Below, in pieces: positions 48,157 to 61,720 of a stretch of 64,000 bases of DNA. The notes under the pieces were generated by a model. The model saw only the letters and a list, made by a program, of their open reading frames with translations. It did not search any database and was not told where the DNA came from. A program made the position numbers and the translations under genes. The DNA comes from Moniliella sp. 'wahieum' (Eukaryota). The stretch covers positions 248,001-312,000 of the forward strand of contig RSEE01000013.1 of NCBI GenBank assembly GCA_003971905.1, in the 5' to 3' direction. Numbering within the stretch: position 1 is the stretch's first letter; every line of letters begins with the position of its first letter.

Positions 48157-51100
48157 TCATGAGTTGAGCGACCACAGTTGCATTGCTCGGTTCATCTCCG
48201 ACTGTGTGGGAAAACTGGTTAGTGGGTCTTCTTCTTCTTGACAGCTCGGTGAGTGTGAGTTGCGGGTGGGGGGGGAGAGACGTACAATTTGGTGGGCATC
48301 AGGGTACTCGCTCTCGGCGGGGTGGAACTCGGGGGGAGGGGGAAGAGTGCTGGGTCCAGAACGCAGGGCGAGGTCCGGGGCGTCGTAGGGCTCGTAGGGC
48401 TCGTAGCCAAACTGGTCCAGGGTGGGGTCGAACGGCGGGTCGTAGAGGGCGCCATCGAATGCTTCGTACTCGACACGAGGCAGCAGCCCAGCCCCAACAT
48501 CGAGCGATTGGGCACGATGACCCATCCGTCGCATGTCCTGCGGCCAAGGCGACGGGGGCGCGTCCCACCCCCGCATCGAGGATTCGCGCGCATAGGAGAA
48601 ACTGTGCGCGGCTTGGTGTCCATTCCGTCGCCAAAAATCAGGCAGGGGAGCTCGCTCGAGATAAGGGGAAGTACGCAGGAAGCCAGAGTAGGACCGGACA
48701 GAGTGTGAGCGTGGCGTGCCTGCGCTTGTGCTTGTGCCTGCGCTTGTACTTGCGCTGTGCTTGCACTTGTGCCTGCGCCTGTGCCTGCGCCGCTTGTACA
48801 GCCTGCACCGCCTGCGCCGCTTGTGTGGCTTGTGCTGCGGAGCCTGCGCCAGAAGAGGTCCGTGATCCGAGCACAGACTTGGCATGGGGTATGGAGCTGG
48901 CGGCGCGCACTCTCCGGCCTTCATCGAAACTTAGGCTGGGATACACTTCAGTTACGGGAGGAGCCGAGGGCGGAGGACCGCTTCGGACTCCCTTTCGGCT
49001 CCAGGTGGGCGAATCCGGGAGGTTGAGCCCAGAACCAGAAAGTCCCACGCCGCGGGTAGAGGGAAGATGGATGTGAGAGGCAGAGGGAGAGGAGTGCGCT
49101 GGTAGAGGGGATAGATGGGGGTAACCATAAAGCGGAGAAGGTCGGGCGGTGGCCATGGCGAACCCAGCAGCGGCAGTGGGGGCCTGGAAGAAAGTATCCA
49201 GCAACGCCCGCACCGTTGGAAGAAGCGGGGCATGGGAGCGGGTGGTAAAGAGGTGGAGACTTAAGGGCGGATCCTTTGCGTCCTCAGGATCGGGTAAGAT
49301 TGAAAGACGAAGGTTAAATTCTCGTCGTAGCATGTCCGTCAGGAGCGTGAACTCGTGCGATGTCACAAAGTTACTAGGAGGGAGGGTGTGCACTCCCTCG
49401 TACGGCACTTGCCCAGCAGCATGGGCAACTCCAGGCAATTGCAGGGCCGGGCCATAGATTGTTACCTCGTCCGATGCTGTCTCACGCGGAGGGAACGAGA
49501 TGGTGCAACTATTGCGGGCTTCGAGGTCATGCAAAAGCATAGCCCGCTCCGACGCTAGACTGCGATGGAACCAACGCGCAATAGGGAGAGTGGTGATGGT
49601 AAAGTCTCGGTCCTTGGGGGCAACCATTTCTAGCACAGCCGCTTTAAGATGCAGGGGGAGGCGGCGTTCTTGCCCGGCGTGCGAGCCACGACATTGTCCT
49701 CGTTGCTGAGGTAGCCACCCAAGGAGGCAAATTCCTCAGCAGAGGAGAATTTGACGTACACTCCATACCGTTTCATGATGCGCTGAATGTTTTTGCCGCC
49801 CACACCAATGATGCGCTTGTGATATGTCTCTGGCACATAGAAGGATATTTCGGCGGGTAACTCTTCCTCCAAGCAAGCCAAACCGAGGAGAATGTTGCTT
49901 CCTTCGCAGGGCCCCTCCAGCCCGACCAACGATGCGACGGACGCGACGGGAGGGGCAATGAGCTCGAGTGGTGTGCCAAACGCAACCAGCTCAATCACAA
50001 AGTTGTATTCGTTAAAGCCATCGTACTTGACCTGGACACTGGCCTGCTTCATAATCTTGTTGACCTTGCCGTTCTTCTTGCCTGAAATAAAGTCGCGGTG
50101 CTCGGCGGCAAGCTCAATGCGAACTGTCACTTCGGCGCGGGGATAGGTGCGCCGGACAGCGGGTGAGAGAGAAGGTGAGCGAGACCCGTTCGGACTTCAC
50201 TCGAGGTCCCGCGGATCTCCACGCGACTTGCAGAGGGCGGCATTGCTTCTCCCACCCAGTTTGGTCGCAACGGGGCGGGGGGTTCAAAGTGCACTTCGGC
50301 ACCCGATACAAGGGCCACATCCTGCACCAGCTTTGCGACCTCCTCTTGCTGGATGGGGGTGCACATGTCCAAGAGGCGACACTGGCGAGGAAAATTGAGA
50401 AGCAAGGGCCATCAGGGCACGTAAAGTGCGCTCAATCGAGGCCCGGTTGTCGCCCAGCACTTGGACTCGGCCCTCGGAGCTTCCTAGCGGAGGCAGGGAG
50501 ATATGAGTTCCATTATCAGTCCCAATGGACGTGAGTTCGTCCATCTTGTGCAACAAAGAGCCAATCCAATTTGCATGGCAGCATCCCGGCCTCCTTGGAA
50601 AGCATAACAGAGACCTTGTGCTGCGCGATCTGCAACACCATTTCCTTCGCCCTGGCCACGCCGGCAGAGGGTACCGGTAAAGTACACGGTGTGGGATGCT
50701 TGCGCCAAGAGAGCGTCTTGGTTCGAATCGGGGGGGTGGACCCAGCCAAAGGTGGTGGGGGCAAAGTAGATGGAGGTACCGGTATCGCCCTGGATTGTCT
50801 GGACCACACAACGTTTGCGGCCCCGAGGATGTTGAGCAAGGTGCAATCGCTCGCACGTGTCGGTCTCCAGCCCGTTCTGCCAGTCGGGCGCAAGATGGTT
50901 AGCGCAGTGCGACAACAAAGGAGAGGCGGTGGGCGATGGGCGATGGGACGTACCAGTTCGTCGCACAGGACCAAGACGCGGATGCGGGCCAGAGCCACGG
51001 CATCGGATGAGCCGCGGATGTCGACCTGAGCAAAGGTTTCGTCCTCGGCCTGGGCCAAGGCCGCGATGGGGGTATCATGGGAAGCGTCAGACAAGACCAC

Positions 51101-51463
51101 GTCGGTGGCGGTGGCGGCGGCGATGGCGGGCAGGCGGGGGGTGAGCTGGGGGCGGAGGCGGGAGGGAACACGGAGGTGGTGGTGGGTGTGCTGTGGGGCG
51201 TCGCGGAGGAGGGCGGTGCGTGCGCTGGAGAGGGCCGAGGGGGTCCGGCGAGGTGCCAGACAAGCTGGGTGGGGTCGGGGCGGGGGCTGGAGGTGGAGGG
51301 GAAGGGGAGGGGGAGGCGGGGGTGCGGGTGGGGGGGGCGGGCGGGGGGGGGGGGGTGGGGGGGGCGGGGGGCGCAGGACGCGTCGGCGCCGAGGGCGGTG
51401 AGGGCGGGCGCGTGCGCGTGGGGTGGCGGCGGGGACGACGAGCGCGGCCGTCGCCGACGCCAT
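48157..51463 (-). CDS. Multi-KH-domain RNA-binding protein of the Khd4/Mug60/YLL032C family; intron 50953-50877; 3' end approximate
   Basis: IELAAEHRDFISGKKNGKVNKIM, EEELPAEISFYVPETYHKRIIGVGGKNIQRIMKRYGVYVKFS, NEDNVVARTP, GRKRCVVQTIQGDTGTSIYF. Confidence 0.88.
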
Positions 51464-51718
51464 GCTTGCGGGTGAGGGGGGCTCGGCGCGGCTGCTGGGC
51501 TGAGCGCAGCGAGGCCACTGCGGGCCGCTGGGCGGTGGCCCTTGCAGCATGACGTAAGCGTATTTGTTTGTTCCGCCTCACGTGATGCTGAGGCTGTGCG
51601 GTGCGAGGGGCGGGGGATGAGATAAGCAGGCACGGGCGGGGCGGAGATGCAGACGGCATTTTTCTACGCCCGCCGCGGCTGAGCAGCGCACGGAGGGCGC
51701 CCGGAGTGGCTCGCCGCC

Positions 51719-54200
51719 ATGCACTCGCTGGGCTCGCCCAGCTGCCCGCGGACGAGCTGCGCGCGCTCCAGCACCAGCGCCAGCTCCATCTGGCAGCAGC
51801 AGCACGCGCCGCCCTCGCGCCCGCCCGCACCCACCCGCGCGCCACCCGCGCGCCCACCCGCACACCCGCTCCCGCTCCCGCACCCTCCCGCAGCACCCGC
51901 TCCGCACCACACCCGCAACTTCAGCCGCCCCTACCAGCCCGCCCCAGCTCCCCCGCCCCGCCCCCGCCGCCGCCGTGCCCCCGCCCCAGACGCCGACCCG
52001 CCGCCGCCCGCCGCCTCCGCACCCCCTGCGCCTGCGCGCGCCTGCGCCTGCTCCGCCCCAGCGCCCCCCCAGCCTCTCGGCCGACGAGCGCACCCGCATC
52101 CACTCCCTGCTCTGCGCCCTCGAATCCGAGCTAGGCGACTGGAACGCCCTTGCTCTCGAGCAGGATGCCATTCCCACATCCACCCCTCCCACCGCGCCCC
52201 TGCCCCTGCCCCCGCCCTCTCCGCGCCAGTCCCAGTCGGAGGCCCCCCGCCTCTCGCCAATGCGCCCGCCCGCACCCGGGCCTCCCACTCCCGACACAGC
52301 TCCCTCACAACCCTGCCCCGCACTAGTCGCAGCACATTCACCCTCCTACGCGGCAGCAGCCGCACCTCCTTCTCGATCAATGCCAGCCCCTCTGATTCAG
52401 CTCACCCCCTCACCGAATCCAGTCCGCCGCGCACGAACGCAAACGGGGCCTTCCATCCCCCGTATTTGGCGCCGCATCAAGCCCTCGTCCTTGCTCTTGC
52501 ACAAAGTAACCCGCGATAAGCAACGGGAACAAGCTGCAGCCCAGGAGTCGGACGGTACGACTTTTATGATTTTTGCCCCGACCTCCCTCCATTTGCTGGC
52601 GGGCTGACGCCTCGCGACCTGACCGGCGCTGGTACTTGGGCTGGGCTCGTGCGCGAGCGGGCTCCAAGCCTTGCAGCGCAGCAACGGCAACGGCAGCAGC
52701 AGCAGTTTACCTCTTTCCGTCCGCGCTCTGGCCGAATTGACACGGGCGGAGCAGACTGAATCCGAGGCGGATCTGCAGGCGCAACGGCAGCTACTCACTT
52801 CCCTTTCCTTGTCCCCCATCAACGTAGAAGGCTATGTGACCGATCACCTACAGCGAGGTGAAAGCCGCACGTCTTCCAGGGGCCTTTATGCTACTGACGT
52901 TCTCCGTGACGGCGGTGAGAATGTGGTTTGGTCCGAGGCCAATACACCCCCTTCACGCCCACCTACTTGACGAAACAGTACGCCGAAGTGGCACTTCAAA
53001 CATCCCCACGGGCCTCCCCAACACCCAGTCGAACCCCGCGGGCGTCCCCTCGACCTCCACAAGCAGGTGCCACTAGGGATGGAGGCAGCAGCGATGACGA
53101 CGAAAGGAGAAGGAGTTGGAGGCCGAAGCGGATGATGAGCAAGATGCCGAAAAAGATGACCAAGCAGAACCAGAGGAAAGCGCGCTGAATTAAGTCTGGC
53201 CTACTTGACCGACGTCGAGAGCGTTGGCCTATCACACAGCCCTTGCGCGTAGCCGTCGGAGGTGCCCCGCCCGCCCTTTCGCTCGCTCCTGCCGGTTTCG
53301 TCCACCGCTCCCACTTCGGCGTCTTCTTCCCCCCCGGTACCATTGGATCTCTTCCACTTTCGCCTCTTTCCCCGCCTTCGAGCTCTTCGTCAGCCGTCTT
53401 CCCCAGTGCCCCTGATTCTGAAGCATCCTCTCCGTGTGTCCCTGACCGATCCCTCCCTTCTCCCAATCCTTACTGCGCCAGTCTCGATTCGCTGTACGAT
53501 TCCGACTCGGATCTGGACCTGGCCGGGGACCTAGAGGAAGTAGCCGAACGTCGGGAGTTTTTACTCCCCTTCCACGTCTTCCGCGACGGCTCAGCTCGCT
53601 GCTCAACTCGACCCCACCTGCCTCCCCTCTTGTCGTCAGCATCGCCTGCCTTCCCCTCCATCGCATTGCCCCAAGGGGGAAGATCATCAACACTTGATCG
53701 ACGTCGGTCCCTCCGTCACGCCTCCTTTGACCCCCAATCCAAGAACCGCAATCGCAGCACTTTTGGACCCGACGACCTGCTTACCGATGACTCTTGGTTC
53801 ACCCAACAAGTTGAGGTACGTCTTCCCCTACCGCCGTCTTTCCGTCGCCCCCTAGTTCTCTTCCTAGCATTGCCCCCCCCCCCCTATATCATTCATGTAC
53901 TGACTCTCCCGCCAGGCTGCGAGCAGCGCTCTCGATCTGCTGGAGCAGGACCCCCCTCTGCCAGCTCCACCCGGGAGGAGAAAGTGCGCGTTTCGCACGC
54001 TCCCTCCGCCTCCGATTCCGTCGTTCTCACTGGCACCACCACGCCCGTCCCTGTCCCATCTCGGGGATCGGATAGCGTGCTTGCCGGTATCAATGCACCA
54101 TCTCTCGCCTGGCAAGGCCGAAGCGGGCTCCCGCACGCCCTCTCCCTCCGTCGGTCAGACTACTACCACTTTGCCTGTCTCAAGAGTACCGGCACTTGGC
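51719..54200 (+). CDS. Hypothetical low-complexity Pro/Ser-rich protein; boundaries uncertain
   Basis: Collinear ORF pieces (51719, 51975, 52671, 52928, 53243) with helical patches (ERTRIHSLLCALESEL; LAELTRAEQTESEADLQAQRQLL) and a GTACGT..CAG intron at about 53816-53915. Confidence 0.45.
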
Positions 54201-55282
54201 TTGCGTTCTCTCCGCCGCCCTACTCAGCTTCCCCGTCCTTCCCCGTCCCTCGGCCCGTCCCTCGCCCCGTCCTCGCTCTCTGTCACTGCTTCCCCCGCCG
54301 CTGCGCGGCTCCCCCCGGGAGGCTCACGTCTCCCCCGACCCATTCGCCGGTAAAAAACAGTCGTGGTTGTCGGATGTGCCTCGTGGGCATCCGATTTGGT
54401 CCTGTTGTGTTCTGTCTATGTGTATCCATGGTTATTGATTGTCAGGCATGCATGGCCTGCTATATGCTTCCATGCTTCCATGCTCCCATGCTTCACTACT
54501 TGTGGTTTCTATGCTTCCTCTCGTAGCAAGTGTAGCCTGGTGTAGCCCATCGAGCTGGTGGGGCACCCCACCACTCGGATTCGCTGTCGGGTGGCGAGAG
54601 CATGGTGGATGCGCTCGGTGGCGAGCAGCGAATGCCAAGACAGCAGCGGTGCATGTAAATTGGCGCAAGCGCTTTTTTCGTCCATCTGACGGATGCTCTG
54701 CTGAGCGCTCACGCTGAGCGCTGGCCCTGTTTCGACGTTGGCGGTAGTGACTAGCCTGGGGCGCTGCGACCGGCCGGTGGCTCGAGGGGGTGGGAGAGAT
54801 TTGCTGGCCGGGGAAGAAGGAGGCGATGAGGAAACGAATGGCCGAAAATGGGAATAGGAACACAGAGGCGCTAGGCCGATTGAATAGTGGTGACTAGCTA
54901 ACTAGCGACTCTTATGTTGAGTACGCTGACGAGGGACGCGCATAGTACGACAGGGGGGGAGTGTTGCCAGCAGCTGGTCTTGGCGCGCTGCGCTCCAACA
55001 CGGCGACACGTAATAAAGGAGTGCCGCGTCGGCCATCAGCTGGGTGGCCCCCTTGAGCGTGAAGCTTGAAGAAACAAGCTTCGCACCCGTGTGGCGTGTG
55101 GTGGGCCAGCGGCTGCGCGTGTCTGCGCCCCACCCACCGCACCACGCAGCAGGAACCAGACAGATACGCGATACAGGGGCACTCGAGCAGGTGCTCCCTT
55201 GCCCCCCCTCTTATATACCCTTTCGCATCCCCTCCACCCGCCCCCACCAGCCCCAGCACCGCTGCTTCCTCCCAGCTCCACC

Positions 55283-55895
55283 ATGGCCCAGGATGATTCG
55301 CGCCCGCTCCGCCCGGGTGGACCAAGCAGTACAACAACGAGTACAACCGCTGGTTTTACGTCGACACTACCGCCCAGCCGCCGCGGTCGAGCTGGGTGCA
55401 TCCGCTGGACGAGCCGTCGTATGCGCCGCCGGGGCCGCCCGATTCGAGCCGCGGGTACGGGGGATACGGCGCGCCGGGCGGAGGCGGAGGCGGGTACGGC
55501 GCACCGCCGCCGCAGCAGCCAGGGTACGGCTACGCGTCCCCAGCGCAGCAGGGCTACCCCGCTGCGCAGTACGGTCCTCCCCCCGGGCAGTATGGCGGGC
55601 CACAGGGTACGCCCCGCAGGGCTATGCCGCGCCTCCGCCGCAGACGGTGGTGGTGGAGCAGCAGGCACCGCAAAAGAAGCATGGCATGGGCGCGATGGGC
55701 GGCGCGATGCTCGGGCTGGGCGGCGGCTTGCTAGGCGGGATGCTGATTTCGGATGCGATTGGTGCGTGGGTGCGATCCTGGGGTTGGGCAGGCGGAGGCA
55801 GAGCTGACCGGAGCGCAGATGACAAGGAAGATGAAGCGTATCAGGAGGGGTACGAAGATGGCCAGGACAACGACTTTGGCGGCGGCGACTGGTAA
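55283..55895 (+). CDS. WW-domain, Gly/Pro/Tyr-rich protein (Wwm1-like), paralogue B; intron 55762-55818
   Basis: PL(P)PGWTKQYNNEYNRWFYVDTTAQPPRSSWVHPLDE; KKHGMG..GGGLLGGMLISDAI|DDKEDEAYQEGY..DFGGGDW*; TTATATA at about 55211. Confidence 0.9.
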
Positions 55896-56481
55896 ATTGC
55901 TCGTGGGGGAGCCGGGGGAGGGGAGGCGGCTGAAGAGGAGGCACAGACGTGGGGGATGGCTCGACAGACAATGGCATTCATTGGTTCCAAACCACATTGG
56001 AGGGCAACCACAGGAGGGGGCTACGACCCAACACATGGGAGGGGTGGGGGGTGGGGGGGGTGTGCTTGCTGGCCATGCTCTAGCCCGAGTAGGGCGTGCT
56101 GAATGTGCTGGCGAGCGAAGGGACTGACTATAGTGACTACGACTGCGTATGCTGAGCCCCACGTATTGCGAGGATGTTGAAACCTTGAACCGCCGCCACC
56201 CCAGCGTGACGTGGCAGTGCCTGGCAGTGCGCCGCCGTGCCTGGCCGTGCGCGAGGCCTGAGGCGGCTGCGAGTGTGGCGCACTGGCTGGTGCATGGCCA
56301 GGACGTGGTGGTCATCGGTGGTGTCACCGGTCCATCACGTCTGGTCACCGTTGCCTTCCAGCGGCCCTCGGGCATCTGACCCATCGTGGTGGGCGTTGCC
56401 TCGGCCGCCGCCATCTTCCTCGCCTTCGTCCTCTGCCACCCTTCTTCTTCGTCCGCTCCGTTGCCCCTCATCGCCACCGCC

Positions 56482-59400
56482 ATGTCCGCTGATGTGCTGA
56501 AGGCCTACGTCGCTGGCACGCGCGTCTGGCTCCCGGACCAGAAGCAGGCATGGTTAGCCGCTACCCTTTCCACTCCCCCCGCCGTGTCCGATGGCAAAGT
56601 CACCTTTCCCCTCGTGATGGACGAGACGGGCGAGGAGAAGACGATCACACTGTCCATCAAAGATATCGATGCGGCCCTTTCCGGCAAGGAATCCGCATCG
56701 CTCGATGCAGTCGCAACCTCAACGGGCCAACTTGCCACCGGCCAACTTCCACCACTGCGCAACCCCCCCTTACTCGAGTCAACCGACGACCTCACCAACC
56801 TGTCCTATCTCAACGAGCCTCGGGTGCGCCCATCTCTCCATTCTGCATATGACATGCTGACCTAGATACAGTGCTGCATACCATCCTCAATCGTTACTCT
56901 ATGCGCAGCATTTACACATACTCGGGCATTGTCTTGATTGCTGTCAACCCTTTCTACCCGCTGAACCTCTACTCGCCTGAGCTGATCCGCGCCTACAGTG
57001 GCCGCAAACGTGGGGAGATGGAGCCCCATCTCTTGCTATTGCCGAGGACGCGTACCGCTTTATGATCCGTGACGAGAAGGACCAGACTATTGTTGTGTCG
57101 GGTGAATCGTACGTGTCCGGTCCTGTTCTTGGGTGATTAGGACGAGATGCTAACATGGATACAGGGGTGCGGGAAAGACCGTGTCGGCCAAGTATATTAT
57201 GCGCTACTTTGCTAGTGTGGAGGAAGATATGGCACCCCACAAAAAGGGCATCAAGAAGGAGACCAAGAGCGGGATGAGCGAGACAGAAGAACGTATCCTT
57301 GCCACCAACCCTGTGATGGAGGCGTTTGGCAATGCCAAAACCACGCGCAACGACAACTCTTCTCGCTTTGGTAAGTACATTGAAATTCTCTTTGACAACA
57401 AGTACAAGATTATTGGTGCTCAAATGCGCACCTACCTTCTCGAACGAAGCCGCTTGGTATACCAGCCTCCGACTGAGAGGAACTACCACATCTTCTATCA
57501 ACTGGTCGCGGTGTGCCCGATTCGGAGCGCAAGGACCTGGGTCTGTCGGACCCAATGGCGTTCCATTACCTCAACCAAGGCAACGATCCTGTGGTCAAAG
57601 GCGTGGACGATGCCGAGGAGTTTGCTGCCACAAGAAAAGCGATGGAAACGGTAGGCCTGAGTGAGGCAACTCAATGGGAGATTTTCCGCTTGCTTGCTGC
57701 CCTTCTCCATCTCGGCAACGTGCAGATTGGGCAAGTGCGCAACGACGCGCTTGTTGCCGAGGACGAGCCTAGCCTGTTCATTGCGACCAACCTCCTCGGG
57801 ATCGATCCCTACGACTTCCGTCGTTGGCTCGTCAAGAAACAGATTATCACTCGTGGCGAGAAGATCGTGTCCAGTCTCTCGCCTGTGGCTGCGACGGCGG
57901 TGCGTGACTCGGTAGCCAAGTATATCTACTCGAGCTTGTTTGACTGGCTGGTGGCCCAGATGAACAAATCGTTGGCCTTGAACCCTGACACGCAGAACTT
58001 GCGTAAGAACATGATTGGTGTCCTGGACATTTACGGCTTTGAGCATTTCCAGACGAACAGCTACGAGCAGTTTTGCATCAACTATGCCAACGAACGGCTC
58101 CAACATGAGTTCAACGACCATGTATTCAAGCTGGAACAGGAGGAATACGTCAAAGAGCAGATTCAATGGAAGTTCATCGACTTTGCTGACAACCAGCCAA
58201 CGATCAACCTCATTGAGTCTCGGCTCGGCATCCTGTCACTTCTGGATGAGGAGTCGCGCCTGCCATCGGGTTCAGACCAGTCCTTCCTCAACAAGCTGTT
58301 TACGCAGTTTGACCGCAAGCCCGAGTATCAGAAGGCGTTCAAGAAACCCCGCTTTGGCCACTCGAGCTTTACAGTGTGCCACTATGCGCTGGACGTGACA
58401 TACGAGTGGATGGCTTCCTGGAAAAACAAGGATACCGTACCAGACGAACAACTGGCCTTGCTCCAGGCAACCTCCAACCCCTTTCTGAAGCAAGTGTTTG
58501 AGACTGCCTTGGCCCATTCGGCAGCAGAACAGCAACCTCCGCCTGGGCGTCGTCCACTTGGCCTGATCAAGAAGCCGACGCTCGGATCCCAGTTCAAGGT
58601 TTCCCTCATTGGCCTGATGGACACGATCGACAAAACCAATGCGCACTACATTCGCTGTATCAAACCCAACGAGGCCAAAGTGGCCTGGGCGGTGGAACCT
58701 CAGAGTATGCTGGGCCAGCTGGGCATGTGGTGTGCTAGAGACGATTCGGATCAGCTCGGCGGGCTACCCGTCGCGTTGGACGTTTGCCGAGTTTGTCCAG
58801 CGCTATTACATGCTGGTCCCGTCCAACGAGTCGGGTCATTGGGACACATCAAGCAGAAGAGGCGATCAAGTCTTTGAGCCAGGCCATCCTCCAGAAAGTG
58901 GGCGCGGGGCCCGACACGTACCAGATCGGTCTCACCAAATCTTCTTCCGCGCGGGCATGCTGGCTTCGTTTGAACAGCGCCGCAAGGACCGGCTCAATGA
59001 GCTGGTTACCAACTTGCAGAAGAACGTGCGTGCGCGCATGGCGCGCCGACAATACGTTACCCTCAAAGCTGTTACGCTGCATGTGCAGACGTGGTGGCGG
59101 ATGCGGGCGGCGCAGCTGGCGTTCGACAAGTTGCGCAAAGAGACGTTTGCGGTGCGCATCCAGGCCGCTGCTCGTGCCCACCTCGCCCGCACCAAGCTCT
59201 TTTCCGCCCAGCGGGCCATCGTTCTGCTCCAAGCGCGTGTGCGGGGCAAAATGGTGCGTGCCCACTACCTTACCTCTCGCCTCGACATGGCGGCCGCCCG
59301 GCTGCAAGCTTGCTGCGCGGCGTGCAAGCACGTCGACGGTACGCCAAGGACCGCAAGGGTGTCATTCTCCTACAGAGCCTGACACGACGTCGCCTTGCCA

Positions 59401-61348
59401 AGAAGGAGATGGGGGTGCTCAAGACGGAGGCCAAGTCGGCCAAGCACTTCAAGGAGATCAGCGGCAAACTCGAGAAAAGGTGGTGGACTCACCCAGATCC
59501 TTCAGCAACGGACCAAAGAGGCGCGTTCGAAGGGCACCCAGGTGCGCGACTTGCAAGCACAGTTGGCCGCCGCCGATGCCAAGCACAGCGAGACAGAGGG
59601 CAAGTTGCGCGATGCTCTGGCGGAGCTCGCCAAACCCACTGTGGCTCTTGCCGAGTACGAGGCACTTCAGAAGCTGCTGTCGGAGAAGGAGCAGAGCTTA
59701 CAAGAAGAACAGGCACGCAGCGCGCAGAAGGACAAAACCATTGCCGACCTGCAGGACGAGGGGACACAGCGAACGCAGGAGATCGAAGCACACCAGCGGG
59801 TCATTACGCAGGCCACCCAGTCCGAGGAGGATGCACAGCTGATCGCGGCGCTGCGGCAGGAGAATGCACAGCTGCAAGAGCAGCTCAGCCGCGCCCAGAC
59901 GCTGAATGCTCTGCAAAAGAACTCGGGTCCGCGGCCCGAGGCTGCTGAGCCGTTCCAGCTCTCCCTGGGACGGGACCTGGAGGGCCTGGGCCGGCGCAGA
60001 CGTCCTTCCGATCTTGCCCTGGGCAATGGGGAGGAGATGGAAGAAGCCAGCTCGATCACTTGCCAAGCAGGCGCGGGGAGAGATGGGCTTCCCCGACCGC
60101 CTGTCAGGTGAATACGAACTGGGTTCGGACGCCGACCCTGCCGAGGAGATCATAGCTGCTCGAGAACGAGGAGCAGCTTGACGAGGATGTTCTCAATGGC
60201 CTGATTCTCAACCTGCAGGTGCCCTCGCCATCCGCGGCGAACGCACCTTCGCCCAAGGAAGTTCTCTTCCCTGCTCATCTCATTTCGCTCGTGACAAACG
60301 AGATGTGGAAGTACGGCATGGTGGGAGAGCGAGCGGTTCCTGGCGAACGTGATGCAGACGGTGCAACAACATGTCATGACGTTCGAGGACGAGAGTGCAA
60401 TTGCTCCAGGCATATTTTGGTTGTCGAACGTGCACGAAGTGCTGAGTTTTGTCTGCATTGCTGAGAGCGACATGCTCCAAGGGATTGGTCCGGGCATGGA
60501 CATGGACGATGCCGAGCTCAACGACTTCGAATGGGGCGACTACGAGCGATTGGTGACGATTGTCAAGCACGACCTGGACAGTCTTGAATACAACATCTAC
60601 CACACCTGGATGCAAGAGGCCAAGAAGGTGCTGCACAAGATGGTCGTTCCGGCCCTGATTGAGCACCAGGCGCTTCCGGGCTTTGTCACTTCGGACGCAG
60701 GTGGAAAACTGTTCAACCGTCTTCTCTCGGGCGGGACCGGGGTGCAGTACACCATGGACGATGTACTGGGGCTGCTCAACAAGGTGTGGAAGGCGCTGAT
60801 GTGTTACTATGTTGAGGCGAGCGTGACACAGCAAGTGGTCACCGAGTTGCTCAAGCTGATTGGTGTGACGGCGTTCAACGACCTTTTGATGCGGCGCAAC
60901 TTTTGCTCGTGGAAACGGGCATGCAGATCCAGTACAACATCACCCGATCGAGGAGTGGTGCAAGTCGCATGACATGCCTGAGGGCACGCTCCAACTCGAG
61001 CACCTTATGCAGGCCACCAAGCTGCTCCAGCTCAAGAAGGCCACGCTCGGCGACATTGACATCATCTACGACGTGTGCTGGATGCTGACCCCGACCCAGA
61101 TCCAGAAGCTGATTGCTCACTACTATGTGGCGGACTACGAGAACCCAATCTCTCCTGAAATTCTCAAGGCCGTTGCGGCGCGCGTCGTGCCCAACGATCG
61201 CAACGATCACCTCCTTCTCCCGCCCGAAGTGGACGAAGCGGGACCGTACGAATTGCCCATGCCTCGCGAGGTGACCGGCATCGAGACCTACTGCCCAGCC
61301 TACCTGGATGTCCCAGTGCTCCGCCGGCTCACCAGCCAGGTCGCCTGA
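56482..61348 (+). CDS. MYO2: Class V myosin (Myo2/Myo5 type); introns 56824-56871 and 57109-57164; many frameshifts
   Basis: [12 protein letters not shown], spliced GESGAGKT P-loop, [34 protein letters not shown], six IQ motifs (about 59010-59410), coiled coil, and DIL cargo domain ([30 protein letters not shown]). Confidence 0.97.
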
Positions 61349-61720
61349 TTGTGGCGTGTCTGCGGCCAAGAGGAGAGTTAGCCGGTCCACGTCCTCTGCC
61401 CTTGACCATTTTCCTGCTATAACCCTTTTAGGCGCTACACCAACGACTCTGTACCCCTTTTCCTCACGCCAAATATAGAACCCATCATAGCGCTCAACGG
61501 AGCATCTGCAGATGGCCTGCGCGACGTATGATACGCCGACTCCGTTCGGCCGCCTGCTCAAAAAGCAGCTCCCTATGCGACAACGACTAGGGACAGGAGA
61601 GATCGGAGACAGTGGAGGCAGATTGGGTTCCCGTGGTATATGAGGCAGAGGGCTAAGGGCTGAGGGCTGAGGTTGCCGAGTTGGGCAAAAGCGATGAAAG
61701 CGGCAAAGTTGAAGACGAAA

